A stretch of 64,000 nt of DNA from Cytophagales bacterium. Its GTDB lineage: Bacteria > Bacteroidota > Bacteroidia > Cytophagales > Cyclobacteriaceae. Made by a program: the position numbers and the translations under genes. Shown one piece after another: positions 37,144-48,092 of the stretch. The number at the start of each line of letters is the position of its first letter. The first letter of the stretch is position 1. The DNA is taken from the NCBI GenBank assembly GCA_022360875.1, contig JAKSBZ010000165.1, forward strand, positions 4,395 to 68,394, read 5' to 3'. Below the pieces are notes generated by a model. That model was not told the DNA's origin and searched no databases. It worked only from the letters and a program-made list of their open reading frames with translations.

Positions 37144-39051
37144 TTATTGTCTTGCCACAAGCTCGTTTTCCAGACAAGTGTTGTTGGCCGCCACACGGCT
37201 CTGGAACGACTGAATGATCGCCTGAAACAGCTCTTCCTCTGCTCTCAAATCTACTTTTCCTGCCAGATTTGTCTTCAGCATAGGATCCTCCTGCGGACGG
37301 TATACCGCCGTCACTTTTTCTCCGCTGTGCCAGATGGCATATTCGCCTATCAGAAGCTGGTAAATGCCGTTGATGTAGCTGATTGCATAGTGAGGCATCT
37401 CCGCGTCGAACACGCTGTTTCCGTAGCTGATAAATTCTCCCGAATAGTTCAGATAATCCAGAATGCTTGGAAAAATATCGGCCTGCTGGCTTACCGTAGC
37501 ATTGCGGCCAATCATCGTGCTGTCACCCGGAGCGTAAACAATCAGCGGAATCTCGTACATGCCCACTCGGGTGTTGCTTTCCGCCGAAACCGCCTGGGCC
37601 GTATGGTCGGCCGTAATAACAAACACCGTATTGTTGAACCATTCTTCTTTGCCGGCCTGTTCAAAATAGCGTCTCAGCGCTTCGTCAGCATAGCCTATGC
37701 TCTCATGTATCGGCAATTCGCCTTTGGGAAATTTTCCTTTGAACTCTTCAGGTATGGTATAAGGATGATGCGAGCTCAAACTGTAAAAACAAGAGAAAAA
37801 CGGTTGTTGAAAAGCGGTGGTCCGCTGCAAAAAATAAGGCAAAAACACATGATCGAAAATCCCCCATTTTCCGTCGAACCCCTCTTTGCTGCCGTATTCA
37901 TTCAGCCCAACATACTGCTGAAAACCGGCAATGCTGGAAAACTGATCGAACCCCATCGTTCCGTTGCGGCCTCCGTGAAAAATCGAAGTCTCATATCCCG
38001 CTTTGTTCAGCTCTCCGGCCAGGCTGTGGATTTTATTAGTGGAAAATGGCGAAGCAATATATGCGTTTTTGAACAGATGCGGCAAACTTGACAAAATTGA
38101 GGGCATGGACTCAATTGACCGCTTGCCGTTGGAATAGAAATGGTCGAAAACCATGCTCTTGTCAATTAGCTCATCCAGAAACGGCGTATAGCTTTTCTTT
38201 CCCGAAAGCTTTCCGATATACTCTTTCGAAAAACTTTCCATGATAAAAAGCACCACGTTCTTTCGATTCATCTCACCATTCTTCATCCGCTTTACCGGCG
38301 AATAAATGCTGTTCAGCTTTTCATCAGAATAAAACCGGAGCACTTTCTCCTTTTTCTTCCCGATAGTTTTAAGAATAGTAAAAGCTGAATTGGTTACCAG
38401 CGGAATATTCTGAGCGCCGGTGTATCGCGCCGCATGGCTGACCCGAAGAGGTTTGAGCTGCCAGCCGCCTCGCGCCGCAAAGAGCACAAAAGCCAGCACA
38501 ATGACAGAACACGCTGCACTTTTCCAGTAAAAACCTCTGCCCTTTAATATATTCAGATTAAAACAGCTTTTAGGATAAAACTTCACCAAAGCAGCCAAGA
38601 CGAAAAACGCGTAGAGGAAAAGATACCAAAAGTCATGTAAAAACTGCGGAAGAATCGTTCCCACGTCGGTGCTGAAAAACTCAGGCGAAAAGATATCGCT
38701 GGTCATCCGTCGGCTTTCGAACTCGAAGAACTTAAAGTCTACAATATTGAATCCGATAATCAGAAAATTGACCACAACAAATATGGCTTTCAACAGTCGC
38801 TGATACCCTTTCCGCTGCTGCACTTTTCCAGGAACTAGACTCAGCACAACAAACAAGAGATTGAAATATAGTATGGCCGACAAATCAAAGCGGATTCCGG
38901 CAGCAAACAGATACAGACATTCCAGCAGATCTGAAAAACTGAAAAACTGCTGGTTGTGCAGGTAAAAACCCAGCCTGCACAGACTAAAGAAAAACACTAC
39001 CAGCATTAGCCGGGAAAAAAGCAGCTTAAGCTGAGTAAAATAATTGCTCAT
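37144..39051 (-). CDS. LTA synthase / sulfatase-family membrane protein (alkaline-phosphatase superfamily phosphotransferase)
   Basis: 635 aa. Five N-terminal TM helices followed by a sulfatase-type domain (VLFIMESFS...; SSHHPY; ITADH). Confidence 0.75.
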   Translation of the reverse strand: MSNYFTQLKLLFSRLMLVVFFFSLCRLGFYLHNQQFFSFSDLLECLYLFAAGIRFDLSAILYFNLLFVVLSLVPGKVQQRKGYQRLLKAIFVVVNFLIIGFNIVDFKFFEFESRRMTSDIFSPEFFSTDVGTILPQFLHDFWYLFLYAFFVLAALVKFYPKSCFNLNILKGRGFYWKSAACSVIVLAFVLFAARGGWQLKPLRVSHAARYTGAQNIPLVTNSAFTILKTIGKKKEKVLRFYSDEKLNSIYSPVKRMKNGEMNRKNVVLFIMESFSKEYIGKLSGKKSYTPFLDELIDKSMVFDHFYSNGKRSIESMPSILSSLPHLFKNAYIASPFSTNKIHSLAGELNKAGYETSIFHGGRNGTMGFDQFSSIAGFQQYVGLNEYGSKEGFDGKWGIFDHVFLPYFLQRTTAFQQPFFSCFYSLSSHHPYTIPEEFKGKFPKGELPIHESIGYADEALRRYFEQAGKEEWFNNTVFVITADHTAQAVSAESNTRVGMYEIPLIVYAPGDSTMIGRNATVSQQADIFPSILDYLNYSGEFISYGNSVFDAEMPHYAISYINGIYQLLIGEYAIWHSGEKVTAVYRPQEDPMLKTNLAGKVDLRAEEELFQAIIQSFQSRVAANNTCLENELVARQ

Positions 39052-39087
39052 TCGATTATCGTTAAGTTTCTGACCTTTCCTCTTTTT

Positions 39088-40269
39088 TTAATTCTTCAAT
39101 TCACTGAACGCCATCCATGCCATCAAGCCGGCGCCAATTTCCAAAGCGTCCTCGTCTATGTCGAAAGTTGGCGTATGCACGCCCGACACGATTCCCTTTT
39201 TTTCGTTTCGCGAGCCCAGGCGATAAAAACACGCCGGCATTTCCTGCGAATAGTAAGCAAAATCCTCCGCTCCCATCCAGATATCAAGATCCACCACGTT
39301 TTCCTTTCCGAGATACGCCTCGGCGTCCCTACGCTTGCGGCCGGTAAGAACTGGCTCGTTTTCCAGATACGGATAGCCCTTCTTGATGCGCACATCGCAG
39401 CTGCCTCCCATTCCTTCGGCAATGCTCTCAGCCATTTTCCGAAGTCTCCTGTGAGCCTCTGCTCGCCACTCTTCGTCCATCGCGCGGAATGTTCCCACAA
39501 TTTCCACCTTGTCGGGAATAACATTCGTGTGCCCGTCTGCACGCAGCCCGCCGAACGAGAGCACAGTAGGCCGTTTTGGCCCGGCGTTTCGGCTGACAAG
39601 CTGCTGCAAAGCGACAATGATATGCGCAGCAATAAGCACAGGATCCACATTCATTTCCGGCATAGCACCGTGGCCTCCTTTGCCCTGCACAGTAAGATAA
39701 AGCTCGTCGCAGCTGGCCATGTACATGCCCTCGCGAAAGCCGACTTTTCCCGACTCGATCAGCGGCATGACGTGCTGACCGATGACGGCTTCCGGAGCGG
39801 GTTTCTTCAAAGCGCCGTCCCGGATCATCAGTGAAGCTCCACCCGGAAGACTTTCCTCTCCGGGCTGAAAGAGCAGCTTCACCGTGCCCTCGAATTCATC
39901 CGCCAGCTCCGACAGAATTTTCGCCGCGCCCAGAAGCGACGCTGTATGCGCATCGTGGCCGCAGGCATGCATGATTCCTTCGTTTTGGGAACGGTAAACC
40001 GCATCGTTTTCCTCCGTAATCGGCAGCGCATCCATATCCGCGCGGAGCGCCACAACCTTTTTTTCCGGATTTCTGCCTTTGATCAAAGCCACCACTCCAG
40101 TATCCGCTTTCCGTTCAGGTTTCAGGCCGTATTCTTTCAGCTTTTTCTCAATAAAAACCGCTGTTTCATTTTCTTTAAAAGAAAGCTCGGGATGCTGATG
40201 CAAATGGCGCCGAACGGCTATCACTTCTTCCTTGCAGGCTTTTGCCAGCACTTTGATTCTGTCTACCAT
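39088..40269 (-). CDS. M20-family amidohydrolase (N-acyl-L-amino acid amidohydrolase/hippurate hydrolase-like)
   Basis: 393 aa with HQHPELSF, MHACGHDAHT and QPGEE motifs typical of the M20D subfamily. Confidence 0.8.
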   Translation of the reverse strand: MVDRIKVLAKACKEEVIAVRRHLHQHPELSFKENETAVFIEKKLKEYGLKPERKADTGVVALIKGRNPEKKVVALRADMDALPITEENDAVYRSQNEGIMHACGHDAHTASLLGAAKILSELADEFEGTVKLLFQPGEESLPGGASLMIRDGALKKPAPEAVIGQHVMPLIESGKVGFREGMYMASCDELYLTVQGKGGHGAMPEMNVDPVLIAAHIIVALQQLVSRNAGPKRPTVLSFGGLRADGHTNVIPDKVEIVGTFRAMDEEWRAEAHRRLRKMAESIAEGMGGSCDVRIKKGYPYLENEPVLTGRKRRDAEAYLGKENVVDLDIWMGAEDFAYYSQEMPACFYRLGSRNEKKGIVSGVHTPTFDIDEDALEIGAGLMAWMAFSELKN

Positions 40270-40573
40270 AGAATTCGTATTAGGCGGCTAGGCGAAAGCA
40301 AACCGTTGCCCGAGGCCTGACGCCGCATTCAAAATCATTAAAAGAAATCTTCCTTCAAGGACAGGAATCCTGAAATATCGGAAACGCACAAAGATAAGGA
40401 CTTATTAGCAAAAAAATAAGCATAAAAAATCGGCTTAAAACAGTTCGTAAGCCAAGGGAAGCTCCTGCTTGTCAAGTAATTATTTTCTTTTTCCACTTCT
40501 TTTCTTAACTTTTACAAGTTAAAATTTGAGATTCCTAATTTTCAACCCAAATAATTTTTGACCACACCTAATT

Positions 40574-42733
40574 ATGAGGACTAACAAACTACTGCTTTGC
40601 AGCGCTGCCATCATACTGATGAGCTCCTGCGCAGTAAAGGACAAAAAGCAAGTTGAGGCGAGCCTTTCGCTCAACGAGCTGACGTATCCGGTCACGGAGA
40701 AATCCGACCAGATAGACACTCTGCACGGCGTAGTGGTTGCCGATCCCTACCGCTGGCTGGAAGACGACCGATCGACTGAAACAGAAGCCTGGGTAATAGC
40801 CCAAAACAAAGTAACCAACGGCTACCTGGAACAATTGCCATACCGGGAGGAAATCAAGAAACGCATGACCGAGATCTGGAACTATCCTCGTTACACGGCG
40901 CCTTTCAAAGCTGGAGACAAGTATTATTTTTATAAAAACGACGGACTGCAAAACCAAAAAGTTTTGTACCAGCAAGAAACACTGGAGGGCGAAGCAACGC
41001 TTTTCCTTGATCCAAACAAGTTTTCCGAAGACGGAACGGTGGCAATGGGCAGATCGTCGTTTTCAAAAGACGGAAAGTTCTTTGCTTACTCAATTTCCCG
41101 ATCAGGATCGGACTGGAAGGAAATCTACGTAATGGATGTGGAAAGCAAAAAACTCCTGAAAGACAAAATTGAATGGGTGAAATTCAGCGGCATTTCCTGG
41201 GAAGGCAAAGGGTTCTACTACAGCCGCTACGACGCTCCTGTGAAAGGAAAAGAATATTCCAACAAGAACGAATTCCATAAGGTTTTCTACCACAGAATCG
41301 GAGACAGCCAGTCGAAAGATAAGCTTGTGTATGAAGATAAAGAACACGCACAGCGCAACTTCTATGCCTACACCACCGAAGACGAAGACTACCTTGTGCT
41401 GAGCGGCTCGGAGGGCACCAGCGGCAACACGCTGATGGTGCGGCCAAGAGGAAAGAAGAAATTTGTCACGCTGGTAAACGATTTTGAAAAAGACCACTAT
41501 GTAGTCAATGTGGTTAACGATAAGATTTTGATCTACACCAACCTCGACGCACCGAATAACCGCCTTGTTGCTGTGGATCTTAAAAACCCAACACCTGAAA
41601 ACTGGAAGGATGTCATCCCGAACCAAGATCGAGTCCTAAAAACAGTGTCGGTAATAGGAGGAAAGATAATCATTAAATACCTGGAGGACGCGACTTCCAA
41701 AGTATACCTTTGCGACCTAAGCGGAAAACTGCTGGAAGAAGTAAAATTGCCGGGAATAGGCACAGCAAACGGTTTCTGGGGCAAAAAAGAAGACAAAGAA
41801 GTATTCTATGGGTTTACCTCGTTCACTTTCCCGTCGAACATCTACAAGTTCGACGTGATCAACAACAAATCAGAACTTTACAAAAAATCTGAAATCAATT
41901 TCGACATCGACAACTATGTAACCAAGCAGGTTTTCTACACCAGCAAAGACGGCACAAAAGTTCCGATGTTCATTGTTCACAAAAAAGGTCTGAAACTCGA
42001 CGGCAGCAACCCAACCTATTTGTACGGCTACGGCGGTTTCAATATCAGCCTGCAGCCGCGATTCTCGAAATCTACGCTTATCTGGCTGGAGAACGGCGGT
42101 GTGTATGCCCAGCCGAACCTCCGCGGCGGCGGCGAATACGGTAAAACCTGGCACGAAGCCGGCATGAAGCTCAACAAACAGAATGTCTTTGATGATTTTA
42201 TAGCGGCGGCCGAATATCTGATTGACCAGAATTACACAAGAAAAGACCGCCTGGCAATTGCGGGCGGATCTAACGGCGGTCTGTTGGTGGGCGCCTGCAT
42301 AACTCAGCGTCCGGACCTGTATCAGGTGGCTTTCCCTGCAGTGGGCGTTATGGACATGCTTCGCTACCACAAATTCACCATTGGATGGGCGTGGGCTGTC
42401 GAATTCGGCTCGAGCGAAGACGAAGAGCAGTTCCACTATCTCTACAAATACTCGCCGCTGCACAATCTGAAGAAAACCGAATATCCGGCTACTATGATTC
42501 TGACAGCCGACCACGACGACCGCGTGGTTCCGGCGCACTCGTTCAAGTTCGCCGCTGCGCTGCAGGAACACCAGCAGGGCAACAACCCGGCTCTGATACG
42601 CATTGAGACCAAAGCCGGTCACGGAGCGGGCAAGCCGACATCCAAAGTAATCCAGGAGAGAGCCGACATCTTTGCTTTCGCCTGGTACAACATGCGTTAC
42701 GAGCCGACATTTGAAAAAAAATTGGTTCCTTAG
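40574..42733 (+). CDS. Prolyl oligopeptidase (S9A prolyl endopeptidase), lipoprotein/secreted
   Basis: 719 aa. N-terminal LMSSC lipobox, a beta-propeller region, and the catalytic triad contexts GGSNGGLL (Ser), ADHDDRV (Asp) and GHGAGKP (His). Confidence 0.9.
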   Translation: MRTNKLLLCSAAIILMSSCAVKDKKQVEASLSLNELTYPVTEKSDQIDTLHGVVVADPYRWLEDDRSTETEAWVIAQNKVTNGYLEQLPYREEIKKRMTEIWNYPRYTAPFKAGDKYYFYKNDGLQNQKVLYQQETLEGEATLFLDPNKFSEDGTVAMGRSSFSKDGKFFAYSISRSGSDWKEIYVMDVESKKLLKDKIEWVKFSGISWEGKGFYYSRYDAPVKGKEYSNKNEFHKVFYHRIGDSQSKDKLVYEDKEHAQRNFYAYTTEDEDYLVLSGSEGTSGNTLMVRPRGKKKFVTLVNDFEKDHYVVNVVNDKILIYTNLDAPNNRLVAVDLKNPTPENWKDVIPNQDRVLKTVSVIGGKIIIKYLEDATSKVYLCDLSGKLLEEVKLPGIGTANGFWGKKEDKEVFYGFTSFTFPSNIYKFDVINNKSELYKKSEINFDIDNYVTKQVFYTSKDGTKVPMFIVHKKGLKLDGSNPTYLYGYGGFNISLQPRFSKSTLIWLENGGVYAQPNLRGGGEYGKTWHEAGMKLNKQNVFDDFIAAAEYLIDQNYTRKDRLAIAGGSNGGLLVGACITQRPDLYQVAFPAVGVMDMLRYHKFTIGWAWAVEFGSSEDEEQFHYLYKYSPLHNLKKTEYPATMILTADHDDRVVPAHSFKFAAALQEHQQGNNPALIRIETKAGHGAGKPTSKVIQERADIFAFAWYNMRYEPTFEKKLVP

Positions 42734-42887
42734 TGTTAATCGATGCGTATTTTTTGTAATTTAAGCCTATTACAAAAAAGACATACGGTTATACACCTGA
42801 TATAAAGAGCTTTAACGGAGGAAGAAGATTTATTCTCTGCTTCCCTTCTTTCGACTGTTAATCAATTCTATTATTATTTAAACCTTG

Positions 42888-42921
42888 ACTAAGACCAGTT
42901 GCCACTGGTCTTAGTTTTTTT
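42888..42921 (+). terminator. Intrinsic terminator after the prolyl oligopeptidase gene
   Basis: 12-bp stem ACTAAGACCAGT-tgcc-ACTGGTCTTAGT followed by T7. A second AT-rich hairpin (TTTTTTGTAAT...ATTACAAAAAA) lies at ~42747-42780. Confidence 0.85.
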
Positions 42922-43076
42922 GGAGCCATTCCTGGCATCCAGCACTTTTTTCAAAAACCAGCAAAACAAGACTCTTAATTTTTTTAATATAACATCCATG
43001 ATAGTTGGCCTAACACACACGAGAAGCAAGATTGTAATGGATGTTCCATCTGACCATTGAAAAACCATTTAGCCAT

Positions 43077-43340
43077 ATGAAAAACGAATCCATTTGCCCG
43101 CGCACCAAATTTTGTCCTGTTTTTAAAAGAAAAATAATTTCCGAAGCTACCGGAAAAGAATACAGAAAAGACTACTGTCTGGTGGAAACCAATTTTCCTT
43201 CCTGCAAGCGTTATCAGTCATTTCTAGCTTCAGGCCTCAAAACTCCAAGATATATTCTCCCGGATTCGAGCTTGCCTGTGGAAGAAATAGTGGAGGAAGC
43301 AAAAAAATTCGCCGCGCACAACACACAGGCTGCAAGCTAA
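43077..43340 (+). CDS. Small Cys-rich hypothetical protein
   Basis: 87 aa from MKNESICPRTKFCP... (the ORF opens at 43041). Four cysteines are arranged CX5C...CX8C. No motif was recognised. Confidence 0.35.
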   Translation: MKNESICPRTKFCPVFKRKIISEATGKEYRKDYCLVETNFPSCKRYQSFLASGLKTPRYILPDSSLPVEEIVEEAKKFAAHNTQAAS

Positions 43341-43511
43341 AGTCTGAAACACAAAAAGCGCAGGACGCTGTTGAAATTTAAAAAAAACCTGCACATATTC
43401 TTTTCGCGCCTTTTATCTTTATACCTATCCTTCCGAACGTTATTTCAAGAAAGGATATATAAATAGTCTCAAACAACGCTACTTGAATATATAATTTCAA
43501 ACTCTGCTTTC

Positions 43512-46070
43512 ATGAAGAAAAAAATCGCATACTTCTTCGGAGGATTCTTCCTGCTGATAATAGCAGCAATTATCCTCATTCCTTTTTTCTTTAAAGACGA
43601 TATCATCAGAGCCATTGACAAAGAAATCGCAAAAAACATCAATGCAGAAGTGCACTACAATCCAGATGACTTCGGCCTTAGTCTTTTCAGCAATTTCCCT
43701 CTGATGACCGCCTCGATGAAAAACTTAACCGTCACCGGCAAAGCACCCTTCGCCGGCGACACATTGCTTTCGCTCGGAGCCTTCGAAGCCACCATCAACC
43801 TAAAAAGCCTTCTCGACGACAAAATCCAAGTCGAAGGCGTCTCCCTGGATCGTCCGCGCATAAATATTATTGTGATGAAAAACGGACAGGCGAACTATGA
43901 CATCGCCAAATCAGCAGAAACAGCGGACGAAAAAAACACGGAGGAAAGCGCTTCTGAATCCGGCAGTTCGCTTTCCGTTGGCATCAAGGAATGGCAGATC
44001 AACAAAGGCGAGCTTACCTACGACGACCGCGCACTCGAAACACTGGTCAAGCTGCGCGGACTCGAGCACCGAGGAAGCGGCGACTTCAGCCAGGAAACAT
44101 TCGAAATGAATTCCAATACCGACATCGGCGGGCTTTCGGTCCGGTACGGTGATGTCGACTATCTGGAGGGCAATCCGCTGCGCGCCGACGTCACTATGCT
44201 GATGGACCTGGCCAACATGAAATTCACTTTCCGCAAAAACCAGATACAGCTCAACGATTTTGTTTTCGGCTTCGACGGAAATATTGGAATGAAAGGAGAC
44301 GACATTCTGACTGATCTTACCTTCGCCAGCAAGCAGTCTACTTTTAAAAGTGTGCTTTCGCTGGTGCCGGGTGTTTTCACAAAAGACTTCAAAGACCTGA
44401 AAACCAAAGGCACTTTTACTTTCAGCGGCAAAATAAACGGAGTTTACAACGAAAAACGGATCCCGGCTTTCGAAACCGGCCTGAGAGTACGGAACGGCTA
44501 CGTGCAATATCCGGATTTGCCTTCTGCTATCGAAAAAATCAACTTCAGCACACAGATATCCAACACCACTGGCATCATCAACGACACCAAAATAAAAGTT
44601 CCGGACTTCAGCATGCTGATGGGACAGGAAAAATTCCGCGCTGCCTTGTCGCTTTGGGAGATGGACAATATACACTGGAAACTAAAGGCCAACGGAGGGA
44701 TAAACCTTGCCGTAATCGCCGAAGCTCTCAAACTTCAGGACATGAACTTGAAGGGGCTGGTGCTTGCCGATTTTGAATCGAAAGGAAAACTCTCGGACGT
44801 GGAGACCAAAAAATATGAGAAAATCCACACCAAAGGCAAAGCCGAAATGAAAGAATTCCGTTTTGCCAACAAAGACCTGCCGCAAGGATTTGACATTCCC
44901 TACGCACAGCTGACCTTCAACCCAAAAGAGATCGTACTGAAGCGTTTTCAGGCAAATATAGACAAAAGTGACATGCAGGCGACTGGAAAGCTCGGCAATT
45001 ACCTGGCCTTTGCGCTGCAAAAAGACGCGGTACTGCACGGGCAGCTGGACTTCTCCTCAAACTATTTCAACCTGAACCAATTCATGTCGCAGGACTCCAC
45101 AGCGAACGTTTCGGAAACGCCGAAAGCCCCTGTTGAGGAAACCACAGCCGCAGGAGTGATCGAAATACCGAAAAACATTGATTTTACCCTCAATGCCCGC
45201 ATGAAGAAGGTAGATGTCACCAATCTGAAAATTGAAAACATCAAAGGCAAGATCAGGCTGAATGACGGTATTGTGTCGATGGACGGTCTAAATTTCGACA
45301 TGCTGAAAGGCAAAGTCAAAATGAACGGAAGCTACAGCACTAAAAATCCGGCTAAACCGACTTTTACTTATAACCTGGATCTGGACAAATGCTCGATAAG
45401 GGAATCATACAATACTTTCCAAACCGTTCAGAAGATGAGCCCGATAGCGAAAAAAATTCAGGGAGAGTATTCTGCGGATTTTAACATTCGCGGGCTGCTG
45501 CTTCCGGATATGAAACCAAAAATGGAAACCCTGCAGGGTGGTGGCGAAATCTATATCAAGGACGCGGCTATTCTGAATTCGGACATCATCGGAAAAATAA
45601 ACAAGCTTGCGAAAATCAATTCGAACAACACCCGCCTGGAGAACACCCGAATAAAAGCCACTATCGAGAACGGACGAGTAATTACAAATCCATTCAACAT
45701 CGTGATTGACAAATCAACAACGACTTTTTCCGGCTCCAGCGACTTTGAGGGAAACATGGACTACCGCGCCGAGGTGCTGGTACCAAACAAAAAACTGGCG
45801 AAAGAAGCCAACAAGTTCCTTTCTAACCTGCTGGGAACCGAAAAAGAACTGGTCGGCAACATGCTCCGCATGGATTTTTCGATCAAAGGAAAATTTGATG
45901 CGCCAAAAGTTTCGCTGATCAAAGTGACGCCCGTATCGGGCAAAAAGAAAAAATCTGGAAAAGAAAACGCAGAACAGATCAGCCCGAAAAAAGAGGCCCA
46001 AAAAAAGGCAGAAGAGGAACTGAAAAAAGGGGCGGAAAAGCTGAAAGAACAGCTAAAAAAATGGTTTTAA
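43512..46070 (+). CDS. AsmA-family outer-membrane biogenesis protein
   Basis: 852 aa. N-terminal TM anchor, a long beta-rich repetitive body, and a Lys/Glu-rich tail. The architecture is typical of AsmA-like proteins. Confidence 0.65.
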   Translation: MKKKIAYFFGGFFLLIIAAIILIPFFFKDDIIRAIDKEIAKNINAEVHYNPDDFGLSLFSNFPLMTASMKNLTVTGKAPFAGDTLLSLGAFEATINLKSLLDDKIQVEGVSLDRPRINIIVMKNGQANYDIAKSAETADEKNTEESASESGSSLSVGIKEWQINKGELTYDDRALETLVKLRGLEHRGSGDFSQETFEMNSNTDIGGLSVRYGDVDYLEGNPLRADVTMLMDLANMKFTFRKNQIQLNDFVFGFDGNIGMKGDDILTDLTFASKQSTFKSVLSLVPGVFTKDFKDLKTKGTFTFSGKINGVYNEKRIPAFETGLRVRNGYVQYPDLPSAIEKINFSTQISNTTGIINDTKIKVPDFSMLMGQEKFRAALSLWEMDNIHWKLKANGGINLAVIAEALKLQDMNLKGLVLADFESKGKLSDVETKKYEKIHTKGKAEMKEFRFANKDLPQGFDIPYAQLTFNPKEIVLKRFQANIDKSDMQATGKLGNYLAFALQKDAVLHGQLDFSSNYFNLNQFMSQDSTANVSETPKAPVEETTAAGVIEIPKNIDFTLNARMKKVDVTNLKIENIKGKIRLNDGIVSMDGLNFDMLKGKVKMNGSYSTKNPAKPTFTYNLDLDKCSIRESYNTFQTVQKMSPIAKKIQGEYSADFNIRGLLLPDMKPKMETLQGGGEIYIKDAAILNSDIIGKINKLAKINSNNTRLENTRIKATIENGRVITNPFNIVIDKSTTTFSGSSDFEGNMDYRAEVLVPNKKLAKEANKFLSNLLGTEKELVGNMLRMDFSIKGKFDAPKVSLIKVTPVSGKKKKSGKENAEQISPKKEAQKKAEEELKKGAEKLKEQLKKWF

Positions 46071-46260
46071 CGTCCACACTGAAGCAAACAGGAATATGAA
46101 TTATCCTTGGCCCGACCCAAAGATAATTCGCACTCCTGTTTGCAAATAAACAAAAAGCACTGATTGCAAATTTAAATTCACCGGCTTCCAAATTAATCTT
46201 TTTATAATCATTTGAAAGACCGGGGATGCTGCTGCTTTGAAACCAGACAGCAGTTTTTCA

Positions 46261-47682
46261 TTATGTCGCTTCACTGCTTTTATCCTCTTCACGAAGACGC
46301 TCAAGCTCCTCTTGCACAGCCTCCAGCTCTTCCACATTCTGGCGAAGCACCTCCTCCTGACTTTGCAAATGAGCCGCCTGCTCCTGGCTCTTTCTCAGCA
46401 GTTCCCTTGTCATGGAAGCATTCTTCACCGAACTTACCTCTGCAGACAAGTGCTCCGCAAAATTCTGAAGAAGAATCAGTTCCTTTTCCCCAAAAGAGTG
46501 AAATGTCGCAATTTCCAAAACTCCTACCAGCTTTTCGTTGAAGATGAACGGCAAAGCCAGCAAAGCACGAGGTGAGGCTTCGCCAAGCCCCGAAGCTATG
46601 CAGGCAAATCCTTCCGGCACTTTTTCAAAATGTATCATTCTCTTTCCCCGCAACACTTGCCCGGCAATGCCCTGCCCGGCTTCGAGCGTCAACCGAAGCT
46701 CTGTCGCTTTTCCATGGGCATAGTGTGCCTGAGCCTCCAGCTTATCCTCTTCATTCAACACATACAGCACTCCCTGGCTGGCTCCGCAGTACTTAATAAT
46801 AAATGCGAGCGACCTGCCGCACAGCTGCTGAAAGTTCTCTTTATTATTTCGCGTAATATCCACTAGCTGGGCTATTCCGTTATGTATTCGGTTGCGGAAA
46901 CCTTCCTCTTCAGAAGCCTGCTTCAGCTGCCGCCGCATAAGCGTCAAAGCACGGGCCAGCCGATCATTCTGGCTGGAAGACTTATACTCGTAGTCAAACT
47001 TACCTTCCCCTATGGCAAGAGCAAAATCGCTGGCCTCATCCAAATTTTCCTTTAGCTGGTTGCATGCCTCAAACACTCCGACAAACTCCTGAGTTGAGGT
47101 TTCCAAACGCTCAGCATGACTTCCTTCTGCCAGCCGCACCAAAAACTTCACGATTTTGCCATTTAGAGCGAACCGTTTTTTCAATATATAAAATACATAC
47201 AGGGTAGCTGAAAGCGACAGGAAAGCAACCCCCCACAGAATATTGAGCACAATTGTGAAAAATTCTTCCTGCAAACGTGAAATTTCCACGTTTTTATGCT
47301 GCATCAGCATAAGCTGCAATTCGCCTATCAGTGCCGTCATGTTGCTCTTTTCCCCTCCCGCAGAGGCAAAACGGCGCACTTCGCTCAGCAAGCTTCGTCG
47401 GACATCCAAACTTAGGTCTTCCCGGACAAACACAGCCTCCAGGTCCTTTTCAAAAGAAGTAAACTGAAAATGTTCAGACTCGCGTTCGGTCTTGTAAGTT
47501 TTGTTTCTTAAGCCTTCAAAGGCATTCTGCACATTTTCATACTGCACATTTTTCAGAATGAGCTCATTCTCTAGATGGACTTTCGAAAAATACAGATAAC
47601 CGCAAATCCAAAAAATAACAGCGGATACAAATCCGCCTGCGAGCAAAATAATATTCGCCGTGGAAAATCTCTTTAAAAACAT
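46261..47682 (-). CDS. Membrane sensor: TM - extracytoplasmic helical domain - TM - HAMP - GAF - coiled coil, no output domain
   Basis: 473 aa. TM1 IILLAGGFVSAVIFWICGYLYF and TM2 IVLNILWGVAFLSLSATLYVFYIL. GAF block GASQGVLYVL...GQGIAGQVL...LPFIFNEKLVGVLEIA. The terminal heptad segment is LQSQEEVLRQNVEELEAVQEELERLREE. Confidence 0.7.
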   Translation of the reverse strand: MFLKRFSTANIILLAGGFVSAVIFWICGYLYFSKVHLENELILKNVQYENVQNAFEGLRNKTYKTERESEHFQFTSFEKDLEAVFVREDLSLDVRRSLLSEVRRFASAGGEKSNMTALIGELQLMLMQHKNVEISRLQEEFFTIVLNILWGVAFLSLSATLYVFYILKKRFALNGKIVKFLVRLAEGSHAERLETSTQEFVGVFEACNQLKENLDEASDFALAIGEGKFDYEYKSSSQNDRLARALTLMRRQLKQASEEEGFRNRIHNGIAQLVDITRNNKENFQQLCGRSLAFIIKYCGASQGVLYVLNEEDKLEAQAHYAHGKATELRLTLEAGQGIAGQVLRGKRMIHFEKVPEGFACIASGLGEASPRALLALPFIFNEKLVGVLEIATFHSFGEKELILLQNFAEHLSAEVSSVKNASMTRELLRKSQEQAAHLQSQEEVLRQNVEELEAVQEELERLREEDKSSEAT

Positions 47683-48030
47683 ATCTTTACTAAAAAAACA
47701 CTCATGAGAGCATAAAAAAATTCTGTATTACTGGATATTACTTCAGACCAACTGAAATGCCTTCCAGCTCATTATCGAGGTTGGGCTTTCACAAAAAAAT
47801 CGAAGCCAAAAAATTAAAAATTATTTTCTAAAAAACGATGCCCGCACTTGCTGAACACAACAACGATTTGTTGACATTTGATTGAATACAACAACGGACA
47901 ATATAACTAAATGAACAATAAATCTTTAATTTATTTATCAATAATCCAGATGATTCTCATCATGGTTAGCACCGGCAGAGCAGGACTTATCAGAAAATCA
48001 CGCTTTATGATGGCGTCAGTTCAGAATTTC

Positions 48031-48071
48031 AAAAAAAAAGCTGATGTGATCCTTAACCACATCAGCTTTTT
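48031..48071 (-). terminator. Intrinsic (bidirectional-looking) terminator after the upstream sensor gene
   Basis: A9-GCTGATGTG-atccttaac-CACATCAGC-T5, 22 nt downstream of the stop at 48093. Confidence 0.8.
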
Positions 48072-48092
48072 CCATTTCGCTTAAGTTCTTCG

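Noticed and set aside
47911-48084. 57-aa ORF (MNNKSLIYLSIIQMILIMVSTG...) in the 410-bp spacer between the two GAF sensor genes.
   Set aside because: It runs straight through the strong terminator hairpin at 48040-48066, is convergent with the upstream gene, and has no recognisable RBS or promoter context or motif. It is most likely non-coding.
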